Source: a virus
Reading direction: 5' to 3' (one strand)
IMG/VR virus record: IMGVR_UViG_3300035070_002905
Span: 108,111-172,110 of that record
Length of the DNA: 64,000 nucleotides
Position 1 is the first letter of the stretch, and each line of letters starts with the position of its first letter. The notes under the pieces were generated by a model. The model had not been told where the DNA came from. It saw only the letters and a program-made list of their open reading frames with translations, and did no database searches. Positions 19,860 to 29,416 of this stretch are shown here, in pieces. The position numbers and the translations under genes are program-made.

Positions 19860-20380
19860 TATGGGTAGTACCTCTTGAATTCGGCTACGTTAGTATCCGT
19901 ATCGTAGTTAACCACCTGAGTGGCCGTGAATGTACCCGTCTTCGGGGTTACTACTGGAAGTAGCGGATCGGTAGAGTCGGTCTCCGTCCAGGAAGCCTGG
20001 ATGGTATACGTAACCGTCACCGTCATGATGCCCGGAGGACTGTACTCGTAGAGGAACCAGATGCCTGGATCTCCTGGATCTGGAACGTCTGCCCAGGTAG
20101 TAGTCGTTACTGACTCCGGTGCCGTGTAGGCATCTACCTGAGGCTTATTGAAGCTAATGGTATGAGCGAACTGTTCTTCGTATCGACCTGACAGACCGAG
20201 TGCGGTAGGATTAGACACGAAGTCTAGGACCATTCCGCTATCTGCAGGAGACATACTAGCTCCTGTCACTACATACATCGACTCGACGACCGTAGCCGTA
20301 TCATCGGGAACCAATGCGATAGTCCCCGTATTATCCCCCAGCTCTAAGACTGGAGGTAGACTCGTTACACTTAAATGCAT
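19859..20380 (-). CDS. Baseplate-associated hypothetical protein
   Basis: Lies between spike and PAAR genes; GGAGG RBS. Confidence 0.5.
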   Translation of the reverse strand: MHLSVTSLPPVLELGDNTGTIALVPDDTATVVESMYVVTGASMSPADSGMVLDFVSNPTALGLSGRYEEQFAHTISFNKPQVDAYTAPESVTTTTWADVPDPGDPGIWFLYEYSPPGIMTVTVTYTIQASWTETDSTDPLLPVVTPKTGTFTATQVVNYDTDTNVAEFKRYYP

Positions 20381-20388
20381 TACGCCTC

Positions 20389-21660
20389 CTAGTTAAGCTG
20401 GATGGTCGGTGCGCTCACTACGAAGTTACCACCGCAGTTAAACGTACAAGTACCCGTGTTGAACGTAGTATCCGCTATATCGAATGTGGTATTCGCAGCT
20501 GATACGTTGAGAGTTCCAGTAGTATCAATCTGAGTATTGCCGGTATTGGTCACGGTAAGATTACCATCAGCCGAGCAGTTGATTACAACCTGTCCGTCCA
20601 CGTTAATGACTACGCCGTCTGCGTTACCGTTAATGAATACCTTACCTTCGTTGACATCCCAGTGGAAGTCAGTCTCGTTCATCCAGTAGTTAGTTTGTGC
20701 ACCGCCGTGGATCTCCTTGCGGATCTCCTGTGCAGTATCCTGTTGATACGATTCAGATTCTCCGGTTGTAATCAACTCGTCGTACTGAAGTGAAGTCTCT
20801 TTTTTAGTACTGGTAGAGCTATCATCGCCTTCTACTACCTGACGGTAGGTATAACCGGTGATCTCCTGAGTGTACGTAGAGGTAATCTTATCCTCATCGT
20901 TATACGTATACTCCTTGACTACCATATTGACATCTTCTGGTATCAAAGGGTCAGCCGGGAAGTCTTCTGAAGTGTACGCCGCGTATCCCTTACCGATCGT
21001 CTCGGCCATAGCCACGTCGCCTTCATAGCGTATAAGACTAGGCTGTTCTCCTCGAGAACGTTCAGGCGTGCGGAATACTTCTCGGAGAGAATATAGTTTA
21101 TTACGAATAGATACTTTGTACGTACTATCCATATCAGTGAAGTGTTCGAAGTTTCGCGTGATCAGACGACCTAGATCGCCGAAGCGACTCAGTACCATCT
21201 GTGCAAGAGGGGAGGATTTAGCTATGAAAGTACCACCACGTAATAGGCCGAATAGCCCTGACTCACCAGTAGTTATCTGGTCGCCTACGCGTTGATCTTT
21301 AGGAGTGCCAGGTCCACACACGAAATTCTGTGAGCCTGTTCCCGTAGTATAGTCTGCCTCACCGCCTGCGACCTCTCCCTGTTTGGAGATAGCCATACGA
21401 GGAACTGGGTTCGTGTTAGGACTTAGCAGAGTACCTACGATAATAGGAGAACCCGTGGACGTATCCACGAGTACTCTATTATTTTCTTGAGGGTGTCCGT
21501 CGGCTCCAATGCCGTCAGAGCCTCCGGTAGGTACAGTCCACGTAACATCCGTGTAATACTCGCCTTGATCGCCGAGACACTTACATGTCCCGCCCTGAAG
21601 GTCAACCGCGACGACCGTAGCCACGCGGGAACTATTATTTGAACTGTACTGATTAATCAT
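20389..21660 (-). CDS. Baseplate central spike (gp5/gpV/VgrG-like)
   Basis: N-terminal OB-like ATVVAVD...P....VLV...P.IVG; C-terminal short beta-strand repeats ending TIQLN; upstream of PAAR. Confidence 0.75.
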   Translation of the reverse strand: MINQYSSNNSSRVATVVAVDLQGGTCKCLGDQGEYYTDVTWTVPTGGSDGIGADGHPQENNRVLVDTSTGSPIIVGTLLSPNTNPVPRMAISKQGEVAGGEADYTTGTGSQNFVCGPGTPKDQRVGDQITTGESGLFGLLRGGTFIAKSSPLAQMVLSRFGDLGRLITRNFEHFTDMDSTYKVSIRNKLYSLREVFRTPERSRGEQPSLIRYEGDVAMAETIGKGYAAYTSEDFPADPLIPEDVNMVVKEYTYNDEDKITSTYTQEITGYTYRQVVEGDDSSTSTKKETSLQYDELITTGESESYQQDTAQEIRKEIHGGAQTNYWMNETDFHWDVNEGKVFINGNADGVVINVDGQVVINCSADGNLTVTNTGNTQIDTTGTLNVSAANTTFDIADTTFNTGTCTFNCGGNFVVSAPTIQLN

Positions 21661-22349
21661 TAACCCACCGCCACTGGTACTGCACGGTCGAACATAATGC
21701 CGACGTTTTCAGAGATTACCGGTGCTTGTGCTGATACCTGGAACTGGAAGTTAGACAGGTGGCAGTTTTCAAGATATACCGCACCCATAATGTTACCGTT
21801 CAAGCTATCTGAACCAGTCTGACCTTTAGTCTTAAACGTCATGAGGATACCGAAAGGTACGCTCAGCGCTTCAGAGTCTAGGTTAAACCATAGGTTGCCT
21901 ACGCCCGGAGACTTAGTACCTGCAGTGTTAACGTAAAGGTCTGCCGAGCCAGTATCGTTTACTTGACCAGTCTCTGCGTTATAAGATTCCTGAGTAAGGG
22001 CATTCATTAGAGACGCATGGTCTGCTAACATAGCACCTACTTGAATCGAGTTCTGACTCTTACCGCGCGTGAAGAATGTACGGTTAGAACCGATCTCCCA
22101 TAGAGGCTGAAGGCTGTTCTGTGTTTGGTAGCTGAAAGAATCAACTAGACCTAGTGGGTGGAGACGGTTAGTTACGTCACTATCGCTGAAGCGAGCAGGG
22201 CCCGCAAACAGGATAGTAGTATCAGGAGTCAGAGACCCCTGAGAGAAACGTTCAAGACCGTCACCAGATGCCAGGCGATCTACGTATTCACCTTTCCAGT
22301 CCCAACCAGCTGCAAAGCCTTGCGTGTCGGAAGTTACACCTAATGCCAT
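21660..22349 (-). CDS. Tail tube protein
   Basis: Directly follows sheath; LG.VDSF...Q..LQPLWEIGS and YLENC...F......ISENV pattern. Confidence 0.7.
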   Translation of the reverse strand: MALGVTSDTQGFAAGWDWKGEYVDRLASGDGLERFSQGSLTPDTTILFAGPARFSDSDVTNRLHPLGLVDSFSYQTQNSLQPLWEIGSNRTFFTRGKSQNSIQVGAMLADHASLMNALTQESYNAETGQVNDTGSADLYVNTAGTKSPGVGNLWFNLDSEALSVPFGILMTFKTKGQTGSDSLNGNIMGAVYLENCHLSNFQFQVSAQAPVISENVGIMFDRAVPVAVG

Positions 22350-22360
22350 GTGTTATCTCC

Positions 22361-24421
22361 TTAGATTACTAGATAAACGTTAGTATAGTTATTCGGGCTA
22401 ACGATTGCGATATTCATTCGAACATCCAGAGCATCAGCGCTTGTTGCGTTCTGTGTCACCGTTAAGCCACTGTACGATAGCATCGGAGGACCTACCTTCG
22501 GTAGTTTCTGAACTAGCAATCGTTCTGCAGCAGAGATGATAGTCTGCTCGATCGTACGAATAGTATCAGGAGTAATGTTCCACGTACCGATAAACGGTTC
22601 TAGGATACTCTTGAAGTAGTACGATAGGTAATCCCAGTTCTTAACCTTAAGGATCTCACGGTATTCTAGCACCGATACATCGGTAGTAATAGCGTGACGG
22701 TTATAAGGTGTAGTACCTTGAGATTCTTGAACGTATAGTACCGTACCGAACTCTGCCATCAAGTCAAGCTGAGCCTGGCTGAAGTAGAAGTTCGAGTGGA
22801 CTAGGTTGCTGATACCTGCAATGGTTACATTCGTAAAGCCTGTCTGAGCCGGGAAGCCTGAGCCCTGTCCTGCTAGACCACACATTAGGAAGTAGCCTGG
22901 AACCTGAGTATCTAGACCGTCTACTGGAACGAATACATCACCCGGGAAGTTCATCACACGGTTATGCGCCCAAGTTGTACCTTGGTCTGCAACGTTCTGA
23001 GCCTGATCCTGCTTAGTAGCAGTACGACCTACGTAGAAATCTACTACAGTACCCTGAGTAAGAGCGCCGCCAGCATCTTCAACGATGATCAGGAAGCCGC
23101 CTGCATCTGATACTACATAGTCTACATACGGGCTATCTGCCACGTATACATGTAGATTATCACCAGAGGTAACAGTACCTACTTGGCTGCCATCTGTAAT
23201 CGTAATAGTCGCCAGAGCGCCTGCTGCAGTTACAGTACCTTGGATTAGACCGTCAGGGATCTGATCTGCATCTGAACCGTCAGCCGTACCAGGAACACCC
23301 AAGATGTTAATCTCAGAGAGGATCGCTTGGTTTAGTAGAGTTACACGCCATTGACCAGAAGCCGGTAGGCTCATAGCTCGTACGTGAGAATCCCAGATAG
23401 CTTGAACTGCCGGAGCGGTAGTTAGAGGTACCATCCAGTATAGGTTCTGACCTTCTGCAAGCTGAGCTGCAACTGAGTGAGCTGCTACTTCGTCTAGGCC
23501 TTGGTCGGTAGCGATCGCGTAGATCGGTGCACCGCCAGAGTTAGCTAGAGCAATGCTTACGCCGAATGCTAGAGGGTTATCCGGATGGATGGTACCTAGT
23601 AGATTCTGTAAGTCAGTCGTGTCGTTGATCGTCAGGATAGTGTTGATCGTATCTTGACGTGCAGCCGTGTAGCCGATGTAGATATCTAGATCGTCACCTG
23701 AACCGCGGATCTCTTGCTCTACTGCGTACTGGTACTGTTCACCAGTAACTGTAGTGTAAGGGAACGTACCGTTACTATGAGTAGTAGCTGAACCGATAAC
23801 TAGAGCGTTAAGGGTAGAATCCCAGCCGACAGCTGCAGGAGTATGTTGAGAGTACTTATGGTACACCTCTACTTCCCAGTCTGTTTGGTCTGAAACTGTT
23901 TGATCTGCTACTGCGAATGTATTAACTGTACCGCCTACTTCTACATCTGTTACGAATGTACGAATAGTAAGGCTAGCCGCTGCTGAAGTAAGAACTACTG
24001 CATCACCTAGGTTAATATGGTTAGCTGTAGTGTCGTACGGCAGTGAGTCGTTGTACGCGTTAATTCCACTAGTACCGATTAGGTTCGTAGTGATAGTAAT
24101 TACGCCGCCTGCAGATGTAACGCCTGCTTCAGAGTAGTTGTGGATCAGACAATTACCCATAATGGCAGTTACAGAAGTATCCGTAATGACCTGGCCCGGG
24201 AAGTCTGTGTCAGAGTTAACTGATACATTCGACGTGGTTGGCCAAGTTGTAATTGTGCTAGCTAGGCTGCCGGCAAGGGCTACTGAGTCATTAAAGTCAA
24301 TGCTAATGATGTTATTCAGTTCTCCGATGATGCAAGCTGGTAGATCGGGACTGATCGCTGCTGCTCCACCAGGATTAGCCAGCTCTTGATAAACCTGTAC
24401 CATAGGTTTAGTATAAGCCAT
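22361..24421 (-). CDS. Contractile tail sheath protein
   Basis: MAYTKPMV.VYQE N-terminus; C-terminal PGY...LAG, QLD.M...G, RHAITTD, REI..VKN.DY, FIG.WNIT, SPNNY..V.L. Confidence 0.85.
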   Translation of the reverse strand: MAYTKPMVQVYQELANPGGAAAISPDLPACIIGELNNIISIDFNDSVALAGSLASTITTWPTTSNVSVNSDTDFPGQVITDTSVTAIMGNCLIHNYSEAGVTSAGGVITITTNLIGTSGINAYNDSLPYDTTANHINLGDAVVLTSAAASLTIRTFVTDVEVGGTVNTFAVADQTVSDQTDWEVEVYHKYSQHTPAAVGWDSTLNALVIGSATTHSNGTFPYTTVTGEQYQYAVEQEIRGSGDDLDIYIGYTAARQDTINTILTINDTTDLQNLLGTIHPDNPLAFGVSIALANSGGAPIYAIATDQGLDEVAAHSVAAQLAEGQNLYWMVPLTTAPAVQAIWDSHVRAMSLPASGQWRVTLLNQAILSEINILGVPGTADGSDADQIPDGLIQGTVTAAGALATITITDGSQVGTVTSGDNLHVYVADSPYVDYVVSDAGGFLIIVEDAGGALTQGTVVDFYVGRTATKQDQAQNVADQGTTWAHNRVMNFPGDVFVPVDGLDTQVPGYFLMCGLAGQGSGFPAQTGFTNVTIAGISNLVHSNFYFSQAQLDLMAEFGTVLYVQESQGTTPYNRHAITTDVSVLEYREILKVKNWDYLSYYFKSILEPFIGTWNITPDTIRTIEQTIISAAERLLVQKLPKVGPPMLSYSGLTVTQNATSADALDVRMNIAIVSPNNYTNVYLVI

Positions 24422-24453
24422 ATATGCTCCTATTTAATTATCCCGTAGCGATG

Positions 24454-25038
24454 CTACGAAGTCTGATTTAATTCCTGGAAGATATGATTAAGACGAGTAA
24501 GATTACCCGTTATTCTCCATCTATCTTCTACAATGTAAGGAATGCTAATATTGATTTTAAACTTTTCAGTATCCTCAGTATCCATGTTGCATTCCGATAC
24601 GTTGATCTGCTTGCCAAAAGCCTGGAAACCAAATTGTGATTCGATGTACGGCTTACACCAACAGAGGAACTTACGGACGATCTCCGCGACTTCCTCGCAG
24701 GAACCCTCTTGACGGGTCTCGATGATGATGTTAATCATACCTTGGATATCTTGACGATATTCCTCTTGACCGCCGGGGCGCTGTAGACCGCCACCAATAG
24801 TGTTCTGATGGTTATTGTTAATGAACTGACTACCCATCTGGCAGCCGCCTCTCTGAATGAGGATGCGCGGAGACATCTGAGTTCGAGCGTCATCGTGCAC
24901 GTCGTTAACCGTACCTACACGTATTTTAGACGCCTTCGGGTCGGGGTCCCACGCGTACTTGCTCCCGCCATACTCAAAGAACATAGCCTGGAACATGTCT
25001 CGGATATAAGATACTAGGTATAGCGGATTATATTCCAT
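24454..25038 (-). CDS. Putative tail terminator/completion protein
   Basis: Immediately upstream of sheath; PRILIQRG motif; typical size. Call rests mainly on synteny. Confidence 0.5.
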   Translation of the reverse strand: MEYNPLYLVSYIRDMFQAMFFEYGGSKYAWDPDPKASKIRVGTVNDVHDDARTQMSPRILIQRGGCQMGSQFINNNHQNTIGGGLQRPGGQEEYRQDIQGMINIIIETRQEGSCEEVAEIVRKFLCWCKPYIESQFGFQAFGKQINVSECNMDTEDTEKFKINISIPYIVEDRWRITGNLTRLNHIFQELNQTS

Positions 25039-25538
25039 TACTTAGCCTTAGGCTTAGCCGCGTCGGCCATCTTAGCCTTCTCTTGATTATCTTTATACTT
25101 ACTACGAGCCTTCATCGCCAGGCCGGCTGCTGCCAGACCACCACCGACTAGTCCTACTTTCTTACGTAGGGACATGCCTGCAGTATTCCCCAGGGCGCCT
25201 GTATGTGCACGCTGTAAGGGTTTAGGTGTAGGAGTAGGAGTGAAATTCCCGCCGGACACAACCTTTTTCTTCTTAAGAGCAGGCTGCTTCTTAGCTGGAG
25301 TGCTCGGCTTGAAGTTCTTATCCTTATATACTTTCTGTGGCTTAGGGCCACCTGAAGTTGCCTTACCGGTTTTCTTATCGGTAGTCATCTTCTTTTTAGT
25401 TTCGACTTGCATTACCGCTACATCTTTAGGCTTACGCTTAGGACGTGTACCGCCCTTCACCTTGCCAGTCTCGACCTTACTCTTGTCGGTCTTCATAGCG
25501 ATTGCAACTTTTTCCATAATCTCTAGGCGATCCATCAT
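25038..25538 (-). CDS. Lysine-rich basic protein with Gly-rich hydrophobic segment
   Basis: MEKVA near N-terminus; very K-rich; GLVGGGLAAAGLA. Confidence 0.55.
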   Translation of the reverse strand: MMDRLEIMEKVAIAMKTDKSKVETGKVKGGTRPKRKPKDVAVMQVETKKKMTTDKKTGKATSGGPKPQKVYKDKNFKPSTPAKKQPALKKKKVVSGGNFTPTPTPKPLQRAHTGALGNTAGMSLRKKVGLVGGGLAAAGLAMKARSKYKDNQEKAKMADAAKPKAK

Positions 25539-25544
25539 ATCTCC

Positions 25545-26453
25545 TTACTGATGAACGTGCGGCTGACGTAGAGGAATATCCTGTACATCCGTACGATTGA
25601 ATAGCTGATACTCAATGGCATCTCGGTTTAGTTCTTTGATAATAACGTTCTGTCTCTGCATGTTGATACCGAACTCGGTAGAACCCTGGTGTCCTTCTAT
25701 CCGGAAAGCCCTGCGGTCAGCCTCTCGTAAGAGGATTGCGTGTGGGTTCAGTAGAGGGAACGCGATGGTCCATGCGGATATAGTGGTAGGTTCAAACTCA
25801 CCGAAGTACGTGTAGGTCATTTGCGGATCGATAGATCCATAAGCGATCTTAGTGCGCATTCCTGTATTGTAGCCACCTTCATATCCAGTGCCGTAACAGG
25901 TCTCGCATTGATCGTCCATAACCTTCTTGTATACAGGGTCCCAGCATACCTTACAGCGCTCACCCCAGATCTTAGGAGTGCATACTACGGTACTCATACC
26001 TACCGCGAACTTATCCAGTAGAATAGCCTCGCGACGCATTATGTCTAAGTGCTGCTTATTCTGTATGCGTCCCATCTTAGTATCAGGGAACATATATCCT
26101 GCAGTCTGCGGGTAACTCTTTACGGATACCTTATCGGGCCAGATGACCTCTATGGTAAAGTACTCTTCGTAAGTCTTACGGTCTTGGTTCGTGTAGCTAG
26201 TAGTGTAGAATGGATCGAGGATCGGCTCTGCAGTTACCGTGCGGAATGGACCTAACTCTGAATCCGAGGAGTATACCATGAACATCGGATCTCCAGGATC
26301 TACACCGCTAGGGTGAGTAGGAGGAATCCACTCAAGGTATACACTACGCTTCCAATCGGGAACTACCCGTACACTCATTCGGACAAACTCTGCGGCATCG
26401 GGAGTACGCTCCTGATGCCTCATCTTGCCCCATGTGACATTCATTAAGTCCAT
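25545..26453 (-). CDS. Putative neck/head-closure protein with CxxC zinc ribbon
   Basis: RCKVC...QCETCYGTG.EGGY; between adaptor and tail terminator. Confidence 0.55.
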   Translation of the reverse strand: MDLMNVTWGKMRHQERTPDAAEFVRMSVRVVPDWKRSVYLEWIPPTHPSGVDPGDPMFMVYSSDSELGPFRTVTAEPILDPFYTTSYTNQDRKTYEEYFTIEVIWPDKVSVKSYPQTAGYMFPDTKMGRIQNKQHLDIMRREAILLDKFAVGMSTVVCTPKIWGERCKVCWDPVYKKVMDDQCETCYGTGYEGGYNTGMRTKIAYGSIDPQMTYTYFGEFEPTTISAWTIAFPLLNPHAILLREADRRAFRIEGHQGSTEFGINMQRQNVIIKELNRDAIEYQLFNRTDVQDIPLRQPHVHQ

Positions 26454-26461
26454 GGTACTCC

Positions 26462-26890
26462 TTACCAGATCGGGAACGTAACGTAATCCGACTGGACATT
26501 ACCCCAACCAGAGTTAAGGTTGACGTTAATCTTGTAGTCCTTAGCAGCCTGACGGAAGGTAGTCTCGTACTGTCCGGCTAACTGGATATAGAACTGGTAA
26601 CGCTCTTCGATTGGAACGGTAAGTCCGCCATCTGAATAACTCATCTGGTTACGTGCAGCTAAAGCTGATTGGCCGATGTATAGTTGCCAGAGGATCCCGT
26701 ACAATAGGATTGCGTTAGGGATATTAGCATCTGTTACATCGCTGATCGGGGGCATTACGTTATACATACTGACTGCCATATCGGTAGCCAGTTCGATGCG
26801 CATATCGGTGAACTCCAACCCGTCTAACAGGTGGTTGTTATCCTCACTGTCCGCCACGAAACGACGGACATAGTCTGCTGATACTGCCAT
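26462..26890 (-). CDS. Putative head-tail adaptor
   Basis: VRRFVAD..NNHLLD..EF.D N-terminus; helical; YSDGG; synteny. Confidence 0.6.
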   Translation of the reverse strand: MAVSADYVRRFVADSEDNNHLLDGLEFTDMRIELATDMAVSMYNVMPPISDVTDANIPNAILLYGILWQLYIGQSALAARNQMSYSDGGLTVPIEERYQFYIQLAGQYETTFRQAAKDYKINVNLNSGWGNVQSDYVTFPIW

Positions 26891-26899
26891 TAGATCTCC

Positions 26900-27772
26900 T
26901 TAGATTTGGCTTAGAGTCCAGAAAGGACGGCCGCCGAAACCTACCAGTGAAGCATTATTGCTACCTACGGTATCAGGAATTACGCTAGTAGTTGGAATCG
27001 TATCTGCCTCTACCACTGTATCATACGCATGACTTCCGGTACCGCCGGTAAAGCTTAGATCTGCAATGTTACCGTTTAGGAACGTATCACTAGCAGACGA
27101 AGGGCCTTCTCCTATCCAGCGTACGCCGGTGTTACCATTCGCAGTCATCTCAAGATCATATACTACACCGAACTCCAGTGGAGTGGTATTAGTAGGAGCG
27201 TCTACTCCGTTAATCTTACCGCTAGCCCAGCGGACTGTGTCCCACTCGAGCATGCCAGAAGATCCATTACGACGTACGTGACTGTATAGTGCACCCGAGT
27301 CATCACAGAATATCATCTGGTCATTACCGCTAGCATCATCGAAGAATACTACCTTGCAAGTAACTACACCACCTGCACCACCCCAAGTATTAATGCCCAT
27401 ACGAGCATTCTCTGCGCCGAAGTTAATAGCCCAACGATAGGGAATCTCGGTATACTTACCGCCGCCCTGGCCGAAGCCTGACTTGCGGACTGCCTCATGG
27501 ATAAACGTACGGCTGGCTCGAGGGATATTATCCCACTCAGTATCCTGGACGAGAGCAGGTACGCTGACGCCGTGATACTTAAACTTATCTCCGCGATGCT
27601 CTAGGTCACCGATCAGAGGTACTGATAGTAGCGGAACGTTAGCTGTATAAAGTCCTTCAGGATCACCCGGCTCTTTACTTACTAGAGGTAGCGACTTAAC
27701 GCCGTCTCCGTAATCGTAACGCCATAGGTTAGACTGACGGATGAACTTTTCTAGTACTTCCTTCTTTCTCAT
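26900..27772 (-). CDS. Virion accessory protein with beta-sandwich (LamG-like) C-terminus
   Basis: C-terminal IG......F.NG.IADL...Y......IPD.VG.NNA.L pattern; N-terminal domain resembles neighbouring 182-aa protein. Confidence 0.5.
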   Translation of the reverse strand: MRKKEVLEKFIRQSNLWRYDYGDGVKSLPLVSKEPGDPEGLYTANVPLLSVPLIGDLEHRGDKFKYHGVSVPALVQDTEWDNIPRASRTFIHEAVRKSGFGQGGGKYTEIPYRWAINFGAENARMGINTWGGAGGVVTCKVVFFDDASGNDQMIFCDDSGALYSHVRRNGSSGMLEWDTVRWASGKINGVDAPTNTTPLEFGVVYDLEMTANGNTGVRWIGEGPSSASDTFLNGNIADLSFTGGTGSHAYDTVVEADTIPTTSVIPDTVGSNNASLVGFGGRPFWTLSQI

Positions 27773-27781
27773 AGGAATCCC

Positions 27782-28330
27782 TTACTTAGCTAGTTCAGCT
27801 TCTACGAACTCGATCATATCAGTTTTAGATAGTCGACCGTCTACTTCGATGCCCTGCTCGGCAGCCCAAGTGTCAATCTGCTTCTTAGTCATAGCTGAGA
27901 AGTCGGGTGTTTCTACTGGAGCCTCTGCTTCTACTGGCGCCGGCTCAGGCTCAGGCTCTTTAACGGCAACTTTAGCGGCAACTTTAGCGGCAACTTTAGC
28001 GGCAACTTTAGGTTCGACCATGCTGATCTCTGCTTGGCCGTGTAGATCGCCTGCCAGTACTTTAAGTAGAGCGGCATCGTTAACATCCCAAGTAGGTTTA
28101 GTAGCTGAGATAGCTGTAGTAATGCCAATGAACTTGAACCGTTCGCCTTTACCTGCAGCTCGTGCTGCCGGAGTACGACCCTTCTGACCTTTGTAGATCT
28201 CCCCGGTAATAGGGTTGTGTACTTCAGGTGCGTACGCTTCGTATAGGCCCGTACCAACCTGGTAGATTAGTGGAGTTGCGTGAGTTGACGCAGCCGTTAG
28301 CCACGCTTCGATATCTGTTTTACGACTCAT
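27782..28330 (-). CDS. Protein with KVAA/EP linker and C-terminal HeH/LEM-like domain
   Basis: DFSAMTKKQIDTWAAEQGIEVDGRLSKTDMI is helix-extension-helix-like; TAAAATA upstream. Confidence 0.6.
   Translation of the reverse strand: MSRKTDIEAWLTAASTHATPLIYQVGTGLYEAYAPEVHNPITGEIYKGQKGRTPAARAAGKGERFKFIGITTAISATKPTWDVNDAALLKVLAGDLHGQAEISMVEPKVAAKVAAKVAAKVAVKEPEPEPAPVEAEAPVETPDFSAMTKKQIDTWAAEQGIEVDGRLSKTDMIEFVEAELAK
27965..28010. repeat. 12-bp tandem repeat (GGCAACTTTAGC, about 3.8 copies) encoding KVAA
   Basis: Directly visible tandem repeat. Confidence 0.95.
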
Positions 28331-28358
28331 GTTAGTTTCCTTCTGTAGTTGTCTACTA

Positions 28359-28365
28359 TATTTTA
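28359..28365 (-). promoter_or_regulatory. Putative late promoter TAAAATA
   Basis: Overlaps upstream stop codon, about 30 bp before the next ATG. Confidence 0.55.
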
Positions 28366-29352
28366 CTCGTGGAACTGGGTCAGGCCGAGCTCTTTGTCGA
28401 CACCGCGCTTGTATTTCTTGTAGCGATACTCTGGAAGAATCCAGGCGTTCTTGAGTTTAGTCTTCTTATTGATGATCTCTTGCTTGCGATCATCGCTTAA
28501 TTCGTCACGTAGTTTACGTACATGAGCCGCCAGGTCAGATGACTTGCCGCCGTGTACCAGAGCCACATCTACATCACGCGTATCGTCTTTATAAGAGTAA
28601 ACCTTATAGCCGTCACGCTTACGTGCATTGTATGGACTCTCTTTAAGCCCGAAGCCTTGGTCGTTCAACTTGCTGACCAGACGATTATATCCTTCGCGTG
28701 TCTTATACGGTACCAGGATATCTCGATCAGATGCACCGGCGATGTTAATACCGATACCTTCAGATCCTACGATCGTAGCATTAGGAGATAGAAGACGGTG
28801 AATCTCCTTCTCGCTGCCCGAGTATAGTGTGTCGATACTAGCAGACTTCATCAGCTTCTGGCCGAGAGTACGTGCAGTATCTACTAGATTAGCTTTGCGT
28901 GCATTCATCTCGCTATGCCCCCTGAAGAGAATGTCTTTATGTTTCTCGCGTAGGCCTTCCAGTTCTTCGTCCGGTGCATACACGGTTGCGTTACTCTTCA
29001 AGCTTAACGCACGAGGAGTTATATATTCGTTGGCGATTAGATTCATCTTAGGGTTAAGCGTAGGAGATCTCATCTTCTTCTCTACGATGTACTTACCGTA
29101 GCTATCAGAAGACAGCGTGTCCTTCGTCAAGAACACATTATCTACATCCTTAACGCCCTGCATCTTGGTGTAGGCGTCCTGGGCGCGCAACTTCTCGCGT
29201 GCTGATACTAGTCCACCGAGGTTCCTACCGCCCGCCCCTGACTCAACCTCTAGTTCTAGGTCTGGATTATCCCGAGCGAGATGCTTCAGAGCCTTGATCC
29301 TTCCAGAAGCAAGTGCTGCCAGGTTATTCGTTCGATGATAAAAGGTATCCAT
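28363..29352 (-). CDS. Two-domain protein: putative ADP-ribosyltransferase-fold domain + Pol-beta-type nucleotidyltransferase
   Basis: N-half FYHRT...VFLT...YG.Y...NEYI; C-half IVGS-x10-DRDILV...DVDVAL; LMKSAS between the halves. Confidence 0.6.
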   Translation of the reverse strand: MDTFYHRTNNLAALASGRIKALKHLARDNPDLELEVESGAGGRNLGGLVSAREKLRAQDAYTKMQGVKDVDNVFLTKDTLSSDSYGKYIVEKKMRSPTLNPKMNLIANEYITPRALSLKSNATVYAPDEELEGLREKHKDILFRGHSEMNARKANLVDTARTLGQKLMKSASIDTLYSGSEKEIHRLLSPNATIVGSEGIGINIAGASDRDILVPYKTREGYNRLVSKLNDQGFGLKESPYNARKRDGYKVYSYKDDTRDVDVALVHGGKSSDLAAHVRKLRDELSDDRKQEIINKKTKLKNAWILPEYRYKKYKRGVDKELGLTQFHE

Positions 29353-29368
29353 CTTTGCTCCTTAAACG

Positions 29369-29398
29369 AAAAAAAGGAGCCCCCATAGGGACTCCTTT
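29369..29398 (-). terminator. Intrinsic terminator after major capsid gene
   Basis: AAAGGAGTCCC-TATG-GGGGCTCCTTTTTTT on minus strand. Confidence 0.85.
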
Positions 29399-29416
29399 AG
29401 AGGTAGCCTTAAGCCA

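Noticed and set aside
19563-24421. Type VI secretion system or tailocin (PAAR, spike, tube, sheath)
   Set aside because: Contiguous with neck, capsid, protease and portal genes; this is a phage tail.
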